DNA of 64,000 nt, from NCBI RefSeq assembly GCF_036321535.1, contig NC_087437.1, forward strand, positions 22,446,001-22,510,000, in the 5' to 3' direction. The DNA comes from Camelus dromedarius (taxonomy: Eukaryota). Below the pieces are notes generated by a model. It saw nothing but the letters and a program-made list of their open reading frames with translations, did not search any database and had not been told where the DNA came from. Both the position numbers and the translations under genes were made by a program. Positions 47,790 to 61,500 of the stretch are shown here, piece after piece (within the stretch, counting starts at the first letter, position 1; each line of letters opens with the position of its first letter).

Positions 47790-48445
47790 TATCTTCATTA
47801 TCTTTGCAAGGCACAGATCTGATTATTATCATCATCTCCATGTCTAAAAGCCTTAAGCAAGTGTTAGTCTTATAGAATATAGTTCTTTTAAATCTGAGAC
47901 ACTAAAATGTCCACCTGAATTCACCTCTCCATTTTAATTTTCAACACACTCCCACAGCCTTCCCTTTCCTGCTCCACAGCCTGTACCCACAGCCCAAACA
48001 CTCCTACCCACTTCCCCAAGGCAACCTGGGCCCCAGTCAGAGTGTACTACATCTTTGTTTCTGGGACTTGTCAAGCTCATTCTTAGTTTTATGCCTTGGC
48101 ATACTCTTTTCTCTTTGCTTTCATTCCCCAAGAAATCTGGAAGAAAATCTCCTAATTATCCTTAGACTCATCTCCAAAACACTCAATCCATAATCAGCTT
48201 CCCATGAACTCCTTGCCTCCAGGAAGAAATGCAGTCCTCTGGTTCCCATGACACCTTGTGTATCCCTCTATGTTAACATCTGCCACATGGGATTCTTGTT
48301 TGTGCATGTGTGTGCATGCATGTATGTATATGCATGTGTCCCCTGCTACATTAGGAGCTCTTAAGGGTGAGAATCATTTCTTATTTGCCTTTGCCTCTCT
48401 GGCTTCTAGCATGGTGCCTGCCATGCAGCCATATGGTGCTTAGTC
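47790..48445 (+). mobile_element. L2 3' region
   Basis: gagctcttaagggtgagaatcatttcttatttgcctttgcctctctggcttctagcatggtgcctg. Confidence 0.65.
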
Positions 48446-48879
48446 CACACTCAGTCCAAGCTTGAAATGAAGGGCTGGGAAGCCCTTCATTCAGACCCCA
48501 ATACTGAGTGGTAGCAATGTAAGCTCTATATTCTCTACTCCAAGGATGCAGGCAGTACTTGAAAAACCCCATGCAATAACTCAGGAGCAGAGAATTTTTC
48601 CAGGAAGAGGTGTCCAGCCCTCAGAGAAATTTTTCACCCCAGAGTGAACCAGGGCCTTTGATGTTTGATCGCTTCATCCTTGGATTTGATTTGACAACTT
48701 ATTAAAATGGTCTACCTGATGATTTGCCAACAAGAGCAATGTCTTCTCTCATCTCTATGCACTGCAGTCTGTAAACCAGCGCTCCCTGCCCAATCCTGGT
48801 CTGGAAGAGGGAACCAGATGCATATCTTGTGCTTTGTGCCAAGTCACAGAATACTAGGTTTAGAGGATGTTTCTTAAAA

Positions 48880-49040
48880 TCCAGTCATATAGTTCAATCA
48901 TTCATTTTATAAATGAGAAAACTGAAGCTCACAGGTGTTAAATTAATTATCCAAGGCCCCACAATCAGTTGTAGAGATTAAGGGGCAAACCCCAGCTTTC
49001 TGAACTTTTGGTCAAGTGTTCTTTCCACCATATCATTCAG
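48880..49040 (-). mobile_element. MIR SINE
   Basis: cattttataaatgagaaaactgaagctcacaggtgttaaattaattatccaagg. Confidence 0.8.
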
Positions 49041-49719
49041 CTTCTCCCACATTCCAGATTTCTTTTTTCTTAATTTTCTTACAAAGTCATGCACAGCACA
49101 TCCAATTTGGCTCCCACTGTATTGTTTTTAATCAAAAATTTAAATCTGGATTTGCATTGCTGCTTTTCCACTTAATGGTAATAAACACTCCAAATATCAT
49201 CCAGGGGGAATGGAAATAAAATAAGCATCTGGAAAGAATGTGCTGTAATGAAATGTCATTGTTTGCTCATAAATGGTAGACAAGGATCTGGTTTCTCAAA
49301 ATAAATGCATTAAAATATCTATGTCCATCCCAATCTGTATTTTAGTAAAAATAAACAAACAAACAAACAAATAAAATGCACTGAAATTGTTAGACTTTCA
49401 GAGATAATAGAATTAAATATAAGATAAATGTCTAATTAGCTTAAAGTGCAACAAAGATAGCAAAACTTCATTCATCTATTTATTGAAGATTTACTGAATA
49501 AATGATGCTAAGGCCCACAATTGCTATTAATCCCATCCACTAATCAAAGAACATTATTAAGAGGCAAACTACAAAGTAAAACTACAAATTCAAAAATTCT
49601 AAGTTCAAAATTTACTTCTGCCACTCATAAGTCTGGGCAAATCCTCTAACACACAGTGTTCTATACTTTATTATTCCCATCCACATACAAAAGTACTGTT
49701 ACCTCTTCCATCTTAAAAA

Positions 49720-51062
49720 TAAAAATATTTTTCTTTTAGCCTCATTTCTCCCTCCAGCTATCATCTCACATCTCAGCTCCCCACCCTTTGAAAGACTTGT
49801 CTGCACACACAGTTTCCAACTTCTTTCTTTCTATTCTCTCTCGAAGCCATTATATTCAGGCTTTTACCTGACACTCCACCAATATGGTTCTTATCAGCGT
49901 CATCAATGACGTTCATGACCTTCATCTTACTTGACCTTTCAGCAGTATTTGGCACCATCATCGTGCTCCTTCTTGAGACATTCTCTTCATTTGATTCCCA
50001 GGACACTATATTTTCTTGATTTTCCTTCTCCCTATTGGCTACTCCCTCTCGTTCTTCTTTGCTAGTTCCTGACTTCTTACACCATTGGAGTGCCTCAAAG
50101 CCTGGTTCTTGGATCTTTTTTCTATTACTCCCTTGGAGATCTCCTCCAGTCTCATGTTTTCAATATCATTTCTACACTAATGACTTCCAAATTTATACTA
50201 TTATACAATAGTATAATATAGTATTACATATTATATATAATATAATAGTATAATAAAGTATAGTAACATTTTATAGTACAATACATAACAGTATTATATA
50301 TTATTCTAGTCTAGACTTCTCTCCTGAACTCCAAAATTCTATGTTTGAAACTGGCTATCAACAGCTCTGCTTTATTAACTAATACATATCTCCAGTGTAG
50401 CAAGTCAACACTTGGTTCTTGATTGTCCCTCAAACTTGCTATCTTACAGTCTTTCTCAGCTAATAAATGGCACATCTATTCTTTTAAAACTTAAATCATA
50501 TCATGCCATGCCTGAACGTAAAATCCTCCAGTGTTTTCCCAGCTTGTTCAGGCTTTCCAGGACACATCCCTTGTCACTGCTCTGATATTGTCTTTCCTAT
50601 TCTCCCGTGGTCCACTCCACCTTAGCCACATTGGTCACCCTGTCCCAGGATGCTGTTATTAATGTATTGTTCCCAACCTCTGGATAGCTCTGCCCCAAAT
50701 ACCCACATAGATCTTTTTAAAATTTCTTTCAAGAATCACCTTCTTATTGAGGCCTTCCCTGGCCACTCTGTCTCAAATAGTAACCACCCCCACCCCGAAC
50801 ACCAAAATAAACAAATCAACAACAACAACAACAAAAATAAAATAGCAATCTGCCTCCCCATACACACACTCCTACCTCCCTTTCTTGCTTTATTATTGGC
50901 CTTATAACTTACCACAGATGCACTATATATTTTGCTTATTTTTTTTGATTACTATAAAGCTCCTCTATTAGCAATTCTTTTTGGTTCACTCTTGTATTTC
51001 AGCACCTTGAAGAGTGGCTGGCACAAGGCAGGCTCTTAATAAATATTAGTTGAGTGAATGAA
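49720..51062 (+). mobile_element. L2a LINE (ORF2 end plus 3' tail)
   Basis: cttcatcttacttgacctttcagcagtatttggcacc is an LDLSAAFDT-type RT motif remnant. The element ends ggctggcacaaggcaggctcttaataaatattagttgagtgaatgaa. Confidence 0.85.
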
Positions 51063-52378
51063 GGTTATCAGTGATAATAAGGAGAGCTACCTCTTAGGTG
51101 GAGAAATAAGGAAAAATTAAATAAGTAATTGTACATGTTAATGTACCACAGATATTAATTATTTTAATTAATCTCATATGTTCATGTGTATCTGTTGGAA
51201 GTAAATTTTAGGTGGAAACTGCAGGAAGAGAAGGAGAAATTCTAGTTCAAAGGAATAATAAAGAAGTACATGGTTTTGCAAATCAGCCTCAGGCAAGGTA
51301 GAGACAGATGATGGAAACACCCTGGAGTCTGGCCCAGATTACCGGCTCCTAAGCCTCCCACGAGGGAGGAAGCGGGTGGGAGGCAGGCTGGGATTTGTAC
51401 GAGTGGAGTCATGCGGTCAGTATGCAGTCTTCAGATGGTTCAGTGAGAGCTCTAGGCTCACAGGCTGCGGTGTGCTGATGTCCATCTCTAGCAGTTCTCA
51501 GTTTCTAGGGCAAGAGTCATGGCTTATAGTATCTGTCTTCTCTAGGGCTATATGTGCACACCCTAAAGTAAGCAAACCGCTCCAAGTCCAGGGAAAGGGA
51601 CTGCTGCATATATGCTCATGTACCTGTCACTAGAGTGCTTTCCTATGAAAATATAAATCCTTATGGTAGGTAGCAGCTCCAGGGTGTGTTTATTATTCTG
51701 CTTTGTGCCTAACACACAGTGATGTTACATGTTTCTTCATGAGCTGGAGTGAAAATTAATTTACCTTTATCTAGATGGTCATTATCAGTTACAAAACATA
51801 TTTTAAAGTAAAAATGCAATTTTAAAAGGCACTCTGATTCTTAAAGCTATACAGGATATATTAATTCTCAAAGGTCTTTGTATTCAGATGTAGCTATTTG
51901 ATTAGCTGCTATAGGCATAGTCCATGAATAAAATTCCTCTGTAAATCATATCACCTAAGGATTTTATAACACAAAGTTGATTTTCTTAGATTTTCCTTAG
52001 ACTTCACTAACTGACTTCCTTTACATCCCATTAAACAGTCCTGGGGATGGAGGCAAAGAGGCTACTTCTCCCACTGACAATGAACAACTCAGGGAGATGC
52101 AGAGGGAGATAACGTATTCTGTAACCATGTGTCACCATATAATACTTTCTAAACCTTTTCCAGTTTCAGAGAGGAAATAGCCACAATCTTAATACCTGCC
52201 TCAGCTTATCTTTACAATTTGTAATTGGTTTCCCACATGGAGTTTAAACTTTGCCTGCTACATTCGTGCAGATGTGGCCAAGGACTTCTGATCTGTGAAG
52301 TTAATTAAAGGTCTTAATCTCATTTTTTTTACAATGAGATCAGACTGTATATACCAGAGTGAGGAATATGTGAGTAGA

Positions 52379-52445
52379 TGTGTATATATATATATATATG
52401 TATGTATGTATATATACACACATGTATAAATATGCACATATGCCA
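52379..52445. repeat. Compound (TA)n/(TATG)n/(CA)n microsatellite
   Basis: Read directly. Confidence 0.9.
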
Positions 52446-53369
52446 CATATGGCTATATTGAGAGAAAAAAATAAATAGAAAATGAGAGATCTTGAAAGAA
52501 AAGAAGTGAGGAAGGGAAGGGAATTAGCACTCATTAAGTGCCTACGATGAACCAGGCACCAAGGAAAGAAGGCGACGGGGGGTACAAAGATGGAGGGATG
52601 CAATTATCCGGATGTTAAAAAATGAACTTGTAAAAATCTCCTTCCCTAAGGGAGACTACTGTAAAAATGGATGCTGGCAGCCCATCAGGGAGTGCTTGTC
52701 AAGCCATTCAGAGGAGAACAGAACGCTGTGGGGCACTGATTTTGGCTTTGTCTCCCCTAGGTGCTAGGCTGCTGTCTCGCCATGAGATGCGTTATCTTTG
52801 AAGTTCTGCCGAGAAGTCTAGATAGCATGACTTAAAAGTGTAAGTCCCTCAACAGAGTTCAGCTTCCAAGAATACAAATGCTCAGAGAACTACATGAGGT
52901 CAGGGAAAACCAGCTCAAGATATTTTCCTTTAAACTCTAGAGAATGCTAGTTGTCACCATAATTAAAAGGATCTTAGAAGACTATACTGGCGGTTTCTAG
53001 ATATTAGTATCAATTATTTGTTCATTTTTTAAAAAAATCGGGGGTCCTTAAAATTTCTGTAATTGCATTTTCTGAGTCCTCTGGTGGGCAAAGGGTAAGG
53101 GTGACCTTGAAGAGTCCCTGGGTAGGTGGGAGGCGAGGTCAGGTCCAGCTGAGCTTGGGACATGACCAAGAGAGAGGGATGAAAACAATGACCATTTTAG
53201 AGAATTTTAAGGTAAGTCTTCAAAAATCGTTTACGCATTCCTAGCCAATTACAGGTTTGCTTAGCTATCACTTCGGCTTTTGCCACTGCCACTGCCCCAG
53301 TATCACATCAGATGTCCTCAACATCATTGGGCTCATTATAAGGAGCCTCTCTACCTCCATTTGCACTTT

Positions 53370-53813
53370 GGGATAGATTACAATCATTTGGTCCAATTCT
53401 TCATCATTTTCTATATCCATGTTCCTTGTCATATAACTTTACAGTGCTCTCCCACTGTGGGCTGGTGACCTGTTCAGTCTCTTGACCTTGGGCTCAGCCA
53501 TGTGATTTTTTTTGCCTGTAGAATGTTTAGGAAATGTGATGCAAGCAGAGGCTTGAAGTGAACTTGCACAGTGGGCTTGTTCTTTTGCCAGGAGAAGAAT
53601 GACAGACACATGGCACTGGCTACGGTGCTCCAGCCAAGCCTACCCTAGAATAGAGCCCCACCAAACCCCCAGACAGTGAATCAGCCCAGTAGAGACAAGT
53701 AGAGCCACACAGATCAACCTGGATTAAAAGAGCTGAACCCTGCAGATGCATGATAAATAAATATTGTTGGATGCCACTGGGGTTGCTTGTTACATAGCAA
53801 AAGCTAACTATAC
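53370..53813 (+). mobile_element. MLT1G/H-type MaLR LTR
   Basis: cttgaccttgggctcagccatgtgatt...gatgcaagcagaggcttgaag...gttgcttgttacatagcaaaagctaactataca. Confidence 0.75.
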
Positions 53814-53916
53814 AGGTGCCATTTGAATCATGCTCTTCTTGTCTGCCAGAGTGATATCTAAAGTGGAACTTCAATTATCCTAAAATTATTCTACTTAAGA
53901 CCCTCCAGTGACTTCC

Positions 53917-54325
53917 TGTTATGGGCTGAATGATGCCCTCCCAAATTCATGTGTTGGATTCCTAACCCCTAGTACCTCAGAATCTGAACTGTATCTGGAA
54001 ATAGGGTCATTGAAAATGTAATTAGTTAAGTTGAATATTATTCAACTATTCTAATATGACTGATATCTTTATCAAAAGTGGAAATTTGGAGACAGGCATG
54101 CTCATGGGATAAATACTGTGTGAATGTGAAGGAAGAGATTAGGAATGATATATCTAGAAGTCAAAGAACACAAAGATTGCCAGAAAAACACCAGAGGCTA
54201 AGAAAGAGGAATAGAACAGATTCTCCCTCAGTGCCCTCAGAGGGAACTAATCCTGCCTGTACCTTGATCTCAGACTTCTAGCCTCCAGCAGTCTGAGACA
54301 ATAAGTTTATTTGTTTCAGCTCCTC
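53917..54325 (+). mobile_element. MLT1B-type MaLR LTR (3' end missing), nested in an L2
   Basis: tgttatgggctgaatgatgccctcccaaattcatgtgttgg...cttgatctcagacttctagcctccag...gagacaataagttt. Confidence 0.85.
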
Positions 54326-54880
54326 CCCATTTACCTTTAGGATAAAGTCTAAACTTCTTCACAAGGTTTGGAAGTCTGTTCATGATCTGGTCGCTGGGTA
54401 TGTGTGTGGTCTCATCCCTCACTGTATTCCACTAGCTTCAGCCCAACCTCATTCACTAGCCACATAGAGCTATTTAAAGTGCTCCAATCATCTGCCTCAG
54501 AGCTTTTGTCCATGCTACAACCTTGGCCTTGAATGCCCTTCTTGCCACCTTCTCATCCCCCAATGAATCCCACATCTTTATCTAATTAATTTCTATGTGT
54601 ATTTCAAGCTCCAGATCGGGCTATCAGCTCTGGAAACTTTCTCCTCACCTTCCCAGTCCTAACCATGAGTGGAGGCCCTGCTGAATTCTCCCAGAACAAT
54701 CTGTACAGATACTTCCATCACAGTACTTATCACACTGTGGATAATTAATTGTTCATTGCATGTCTTTATCAACAGATTTGATAATGACCCACTTAAAGGT
54801 ATCTGCCTTTTTATTCCTAGTCCCTAGCACAGTGCTTGGCACAGAGTGGCTATGCAGCAAATGTTTGTGGAAGGAATCTG
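54326..54880 (+). mobile_element. L2 3' region
   Basis: taggataaagtctaaacttcttcacaagg...tccctagcacagtgcttggcacagagtggctatgcagcaaatgtttgtggaaggaat. Confidence 0.75.
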
Positions 54881-55370
54881 TGAGTGTTTATGTGCAAATA
54901 TTGAAACAGATGTGTTCTTGAGAGATACATCCTGCTTGTGTGACAACTGGCAGTTGAGTTTACTTGGAAGCGAAAGCACCCAATTAAAAACCAAACATCA
55001 CTTGCTTATTCTTCTCCATTTCCTTCTCTCTATGTAACTACCCAATCGCACACGCTTTATAATGCTTTTAGATGTAAGTGACTGTGAGTTATTACCAACA
55101 GTGAGCCTTTCATCTTCAAGACTGACAGTCTACGGTCCACATTTCTCAGGAGGGAGAGACTATTATAACTATGTTTTTGCTTACCAAGAGAATTGTTAAT
55201 AGTTATCCTGAAGGAAAAAAAAAATCTATAAATATCTAATCTATAATGAAGCCTTAAGCTTTTTTTTCTTCCTTTACTAATGAAATTCTTCCCGAGTGCA
55301 TTGCCAGAATTGCTACATAACCATTACACTGAGAAAAGAGACAAAGCCTGTAGTGAGCTTTCTCTTTTAC

Positions 55371-55459
55371 CTGTTTAGTCCTGGTTTTGGAATCCAGCGA
55401 CAGATTGTTGTACGTATAATGTGCCTGTGTGACTCCACAGAAGAGAACGGCGACTATCC
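55371..55459 (-). CDS. SLC9A9: SLC9A9/NHE9 internal coding exon (exon 9 by human numbering), 89 nt
   Basis: Reverse complement reads tttcag|GG ATA GTC GCC...ACT AAA CAG|gtaaaa and translates to (G)[29 protein letters not shown], recognisable as NHE9. AG/GT sites are canonical and the exon ends in phase 0. Confidence 0.97.
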
Positions 55460-57339
55460 CTGAAATTTAAAAACATACCAGTTAAAAACAATTTTCTTTC
55501 TCATCTAAGTCAAAGGGTAGTACTATCCCAGCTAGAAAATGGAGTTGATGTCAGTAGAGTTAAAATTGCTAATAATTATGATATTGAAACCCAGGTAAAC
55601 CTTGCTACTTGCTTTAAACATGGAGCTTGTAGGCTTAAAGCTAAAGAAAAGCATTAAGGAATAGATTCTTCCCAGGGATAAACGATAGTCTGATCATGAG
55701 TTGGGAAATTTATACTTGGAAACTCATAAACAAAAGACTGTACAGTCAACTCCAGGCCTCTCCTAGCCAGTGCCAACTACTTTGCTGTATTTTATAGGAA
55801 ATGCTGGCATATTTGCTTAGACATTTGCTTTCCACTGTGTGCCTTAAGGAGACTGAAGAAGTTTCTCTCATACTGTAATTTAATATTAAAAACCGTAAGT
55901 CATAACCCTAAGACAACTACAAGGGTTCTGTTGCCTCTGCCAATGCTCCTACTTTCCAAGCACAGACACAGGTCCTCGTTTGCCCCTTGCCTCCTTGGCA
56001 AAGCTGGGGGCTTTGTCTTTCTGCTGCTGACTAATCTCATGAACACATCCAAGGCACACACTCCTTGAAGATAAGCTCATCTGTTCTTGTGTGCTTCCTA
56101 CCCACAGTGGCCCTCCGCTGCTTCCTGGCTGGTTGCACGATTTATTTTTTAAGCCATCATTATACCCAGCTTTAAACACTACGTGAAGCCACACATACGC
56201 TAGATGCTGCCTGGGAACAGAGGAGTAGCAACCATGGGACAAATGTGTTATTTGTCCCCGGGCTCTGTTATTCTATGTGTTATTGCCCTGAGCTGGGGTG
56301 GGGAAGTGGTGGGGGCTGCATTCTACTTTGAATTAAAGATTTGATTAATTATGGGAAATTGGGCATGAAGGAGGGCTTTGGGAAAAACACTAGATGTAAG
56401 TATTCCTCAACTCAAACCAAGGGGATTGAACTGAATTTTAAGCAGCAGAATCTTCCAACTAAAAACACTCATAAATTAAATGCTGATGATTCTTAAGAGT
56501 ATAGAACTACATGAACTGAATATTGACATTTCAAATGTATCTGCAATAGAGAATTTAAAGAACCAAGCATATTTTTAACATGCAGACTGTATGCTTCTAT
56601 CTATATGTTTGTTATTTTGAGGGTTGGCTTTGGATAAAATATTGCTAAGATGTATTTATCTAATATAAGTGCATAGATATTTTTATCATTTATTTCCTCT
56701 TAATATTATGTTTCAAAATTTTAGGCAAAAAGAATAAAAACAGCTAGGAAATTTTGCAAAGAATATATATGTAGTAAGCATTTATACAGATTTTTTGGGC
56801 TAACTTCTCAGCTTTTTAGCCTGTCTTCAGAAATTCTAAGGAAAAAAATGCTTGTGAAATATTATATTTCACTCTTCACAGAATTTCTATTAAAAAACAA
56901 CCAGTAACAGGAAAACTTTTAGGGTACCGAAGCACGTCAAGTATTTTGAGGAACTGGGAGGATTGCCATGAATGTTGTTTTGGTATCAAATATTTTTCTT
57001 TCTTTATTTAAAAATGTTATTTGTCTATTTCTGCCGATTGCACAGTCTGTTGGAGGTTTTTTCACAAGAGCTTTAGCTGACCTCCTACTGTTGCGGAAAT
57101 GTTTTGACTATGTATTGATCTGTGGAGAAGTAGTGAATAAAAAGGGAGAGGGGTGTGAACAGTGCACAAATGCATTCTGAGAAGAAGAACAGGTAACAAA
57201 GGATTGTTATAAAGGATAGGTAAGTGGCCTAAGATTGGCTGAATGTCTATTGTGAACAAAGAACACATTAGTTTTATTTACACCACCTTATTTCATTGTT
57301 TTATTATCTCACAGCAGGCTTCCACTATTGATCAGCCCC

Positions 57340-58147
57340 TCCCACTATCTTCCCCTTCTCAGTAATGGCATATCTATTTTTCCTGCTGCCCAAGCCAAAA
57401 CTCTGGGAACACCCTTTTTTCTCTCCTCTCTCTGTACATCAGCAATTTTGTTGACTTGTCCTTCAAAACTTATCTGAAACCTTCTCAACACCTCCACCCT
57501 AACACTCTTTTTCAAGCCACCTTCTTTTTTTGCCTGGAATGACAGCAACAGCTTCCTAATTGGTTCCACCCCCACCCACCCCTTTTCCACTGCTGCCCCT
57601 GGGGCCCAGTTTATCTTCTACCTAGCAATACTGGTTCTTTTAAGACAATTCAGATCATGTCAGTCCTCTGCTCCCAGCTCTGTAATAGATCCCCATGACT
57701 AAAAGGCTCTGCAGAACCTAGATCTAGACCTAGATCCCTCCTCCCCTCTCCACAGCTCTCTGACCTCCTCTCCTACCGTGCTCCCTGCTTCCTGCTCCCT
57801 GCTCCCACTGCAGGGCCCTTGCATGTCTGGTTCCCACTGCTTGGAAAGTTCTTCTCCAAACATCTATATGGTTCCCTCCTTTCCTTAAGATGTCACATTG
57901 TCAGACAGGCCTTTGCTATATACTCTACAAAAATAATCTCTCTCATCATTCTCTACTCGCCTACAATAATCTATTTTTTTAATATTATTTACTGCCACCT
58001 AACATTTTATATATTTATAGGTTTATTTTCTGCCTTCCTGCACTGCAATGGAAACTCATCGAGTGCACAGTGATTCACTGGTCCCCAACCATTAGAGCAA
58101 TGCCAGGCACATGGTAGGCCCTCCACATATTTGTTGAATAAATGAAC
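57340..58147 (+). mobile_element. L2 3' region
   Basis: ctcagtaatggcatatctatt...agagcaatgccaggcacatggtaggccctccacatatttgttgaataaatgaa. Confidence 0.8.
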
Positions 58148-58944
58148 AGTCCTATCCCCATGTAACGAGAAACTAAAGTAATTTACTCAAGGTCACCTTG
58201 AAGGTGACAGAGCTGAGATTCGAAATTCCACAGACTCCCTGTGCTTTTCTCCCTGTATTAGACCATCCGTGAATGTTTAGGGTAATCTTAGCTTATCTAA
58301 AAATGTCATTTCTGATGTCCCAGGGAAAAAGTCAGAGATTTGAAGACGAATATTATACATGTGATCTGCCTGGATGTCTCCTTTGAGGATATTTTCCCCA
58401 GTAGCTCCACTGGTTTTTGTTTCCTTGCTTCTGTTAGAACACTAACAAAGTTTCTGCTAATATTTTTTGAGTTTTGTGTACAGATAAGTCACACAAGCAA
58501 CAAACAATGAAGAGGGTGCCTATGTGACCAGAGTCTTAGTGTTGTAATTAAAATAAAACAACTAAGTAGATCCGACCCTTAGTATCAGTATACACAATCA
58601 TAATTCTATAGCTTGGTAATTAATCAACTCACACATATTAACTATAATTAGTATGACTTTTACAAGCCAAAACACATTTTGAAAATGTCTCACCTAAATA
58701 CATCTATTACCTATAAAATTCTTTGCCATCTAAACAGATTTAGAGTTAGCAGTTTTCTACCTTACAAAAGTGCATTTTAATTGCCATTATATTTGTGCAT
58801 ACCTGCTAGCCTGAGCCATACCACTGTAAAGGAGGGCCCTAGACAACCTCTTACATGCTCTGGGTCTCAGATTCTCAGGTGTAAAAAGGTGGGGGAGGAG
58901 GACCAAGTGTTCTTTGGGTCAGTTGGCAAACTACAGTGTCTCAG

Positions 58945-59472
58945 CGCATGTGTTGGCTCTGTGTTTCTGGGGTCGGGCTTCGCAGACCGCATCTTCCTTT
59001 GCTGGAGCCAGCTAGGATCTGTCAGTACGGAGCCCCTGAGGGAGACCAGGATGCAGGAGAGGAGAGAAGGCGTTGCTTCTCCCTGGTTGCCTGCTGTTCC
59101 TCTCGGCTGCATCTCAGCAATGGTTCTTGACCATAGCTTTAGCAGTTGGTCCCAGGCTTGTTTTCTGTTTTTTAGCTTCACTCTGGATTAGCCTCCTGGG
59201 ACCCCCTCAGAGAAAGTAGCAGCAGCCAGGCACTGTCCTCAGAGGTCTGGTTCCCAGCTCAGAGGTTCCTTCTAAGAAGCTTCTAGATTCTCTTTCCTTT
59301 GCTCCTCCAGTCCTAGGGTTCACACTTGCTTCCTGCAATTACTACCTCTGTGTTGCCTCAGTGCCCGCTTTTTACTTTGGCAGCTCTCTACCACCTAGGT
59401 ATCCAATTTCCTGCGTTAAACCCTGTCGACAACCAGCTGGTTCCTCTCTTCCTGACAGAAACCTGACCAGCA
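58945..59472 (+). mobile_element. ERVL-type solo LTR (LTR33/LTR41-like)
   Basis: cctttgctcctccagtcctaggg...gcttcctgcaattactacctctg...ttcctgacagaaacctgacc resembles the end of this LTR group. Confidence 0.55.
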
Positions 59473-60619
59473 GTCTCTTGTGGTCCTTTTGCATTCTAAA
59501 CTTTCAGGTTCTCTGAAAACATCGAAGCTGTGTTATCAGAAAATAAGATTCAGCCTGTATTCTCTTATTATAACTGGGACCATGGAAGATGCCAATGTCA
59601 ACTAAGACACCATGCCAAGTCCCAGAGGACTGGACTCAGGCTCATTTCAATCCTACCTATGGCTGAAATTCATATTTTTAAAAAGTGATGTGAGTTTGAG
59701 CCACTAGATTGGAACAAGTGGCTTGGGGAGAGGAGTAAGTTAGGCGTAGATCTATTAAAGAGGGGTGGCCCAGACTCCGACCTGTGTCTTCTGATTCCCA
59801 ATCACAGGATTTTTCCAAAATGTGAGAACAATCCTACAGTGGGGTGGCTGCCCTGAAGTGTGAAAATTTCGATATAATGGGAAATGTTTGGGCTGAATAA
59901 TCATCTGTCAGAGGTGTTATAGAAATAAATTTTTTCATAAAGTAGAAATTTAAATATCCTCCAGTTCTATGGGTCTACCATTTTCCTATATATTATTTTA
60001 TTAATTCACTAGGATTAACATCTCAATTTAGTTGTTGTTTTTTTTTAAGTTCAGGACAAAGTAATAATAGTGGCTCCAAATGAAACCTATAGACCTTTTG
60101 AATAAAAGCAGCCTGACTTTCTCAAAAAGTGAAGACAAGATAAACTTAGAGACTTTCAAATATTCTTTCAATTTTAGATAGACAACCTTTCTAAAGTAAA
60201 ATTTTAAAACATATCATTACCATACCCTCAAATCATAAAAACTTAATTTTTTCAAGTAAGCTAGAAGGTTTAAAGATGAACTCAGGAAATCTCCTCTGTG
60301 CAGAAAATGTGGTAAATCTGTAGACCACAAACTTTCAGGTCAAAGGGCATTGAAAATGGTGAATTCTGATGTCTGTGCTCAGGTGCCAGACACAGCTCAC
60401 CTCAGAGGAACCCACTTCCTTTCTTTTTCCTTACCGCTGCTTCTCACCCCTCTGTCTCGCTTGTCACTCGCAGACTGTGCTTGATTTACAGTTTATCTTG
60501 TCATCCTCATGCATCAGAAACCACCTGACCCCACTGGAAGCTCAGCTGTGGCCCAAGAATCTGCATTAGGCAAGAGAGGTTTCTGAACTCCACCTCATGC
60601 CTTTGGAAATTACTAAACA

Positions 60620-60745
60620 TTCAAGCCACCTGGTAATCTTGTTAAATGCAGATTCTGCTTCAGTAGGTTTCGTATAAAGCCCACGATTCTGCATTTATAC
60701 TACCAAGGACGCCCATGCTACTAGTTCTAGGATCCCACTTTGAGA
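60620..60745. mobile_element. MER5A-like MITE
   Basis: cacctggtaatcttgttaaatgcagattctgcttcagtagg...attctgcattt...ccactttgag. Confidence 0.75.
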
Positions 60746-61129
60746 TGTGAATCTCTGACCGACACTTTGGTATTAAGTCTCAACTCCCCTTTGCAATGGC
60801 TTGGCCTTGATCTTGTATGGTCTTAAAAAAGAGATTTTTGCTTTATTCTTGCCTTTTAGCATCTTGGGACAATTAGAAGACAGCTCCAAAGAAGCAACAC
60901 GTTTTTAATTACCTTTTTTTCTCAGTTCATAAGCAACTTTTGATAACTAAATCATTATTTGTTGCCTTCTCTTCCACATTAACTCCCACATCAAGGAAGA
61001 GCAAGTGAAAATGTGCTCCTCCCTCCTAGAAATCCAAACCTAGGCAATTCTCAGTATACTATAGTTAAGGTACCATATTTTTGCACGTTAGCTAGGGTAC
61101 CTGCTATTCCTCCACTCAGATGTTACTAT

Positions 61130-61500
61130 CTACTGAGGTCATTCCATGAGGAAAGCATACATTATGGCTATGGGGAATGCAAGGATGAATAAACCCAGTC
61201 CTAGATCTCAAGCAGTTTTATGTCTCCTACCAGAGACCACGTGCATACAGAGACACCTAATAGGAGGCAGAATGCAGTAGGTGATAAGAACATAGGAATT
61301 CTGAGAGGGAGTGATTTCTTTTGGACTGGGGAAGGTGGGAGAGAGATGAGAAACTTTTCCTAAAGGATGCAGAGGCATTTAGGTCTTGAAAAATAAGAAG
61401 AATTTGGAGGTGCAAGGTCAGGGGTAGGGAATTCAATCTGAGTGAAGGGAGTGAGGTAGGAGACTGAGGGGCATGTTTGAGGAACGTGCAGTTTACCAGC
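61130..61500 (-). mobile_element. L2 fragment
   Basis: ggctatggggaatgcaaggatgaataaacccagtcctagatctcaagcag...ggcatgtttgaggaac. Confidence 0.65.

Larger units (their letters stand above)
11761..55370 (-). other. SLC9A9: SLC9A9 intron 9, 43,610 bp, U2 type
   Basis: Bounded by the gtaaaa donor and ttttcag acceptor of exons that join in frame (KQ|LF). I recognised no other NHE9 coding exon within it. Confidence 0.9.
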
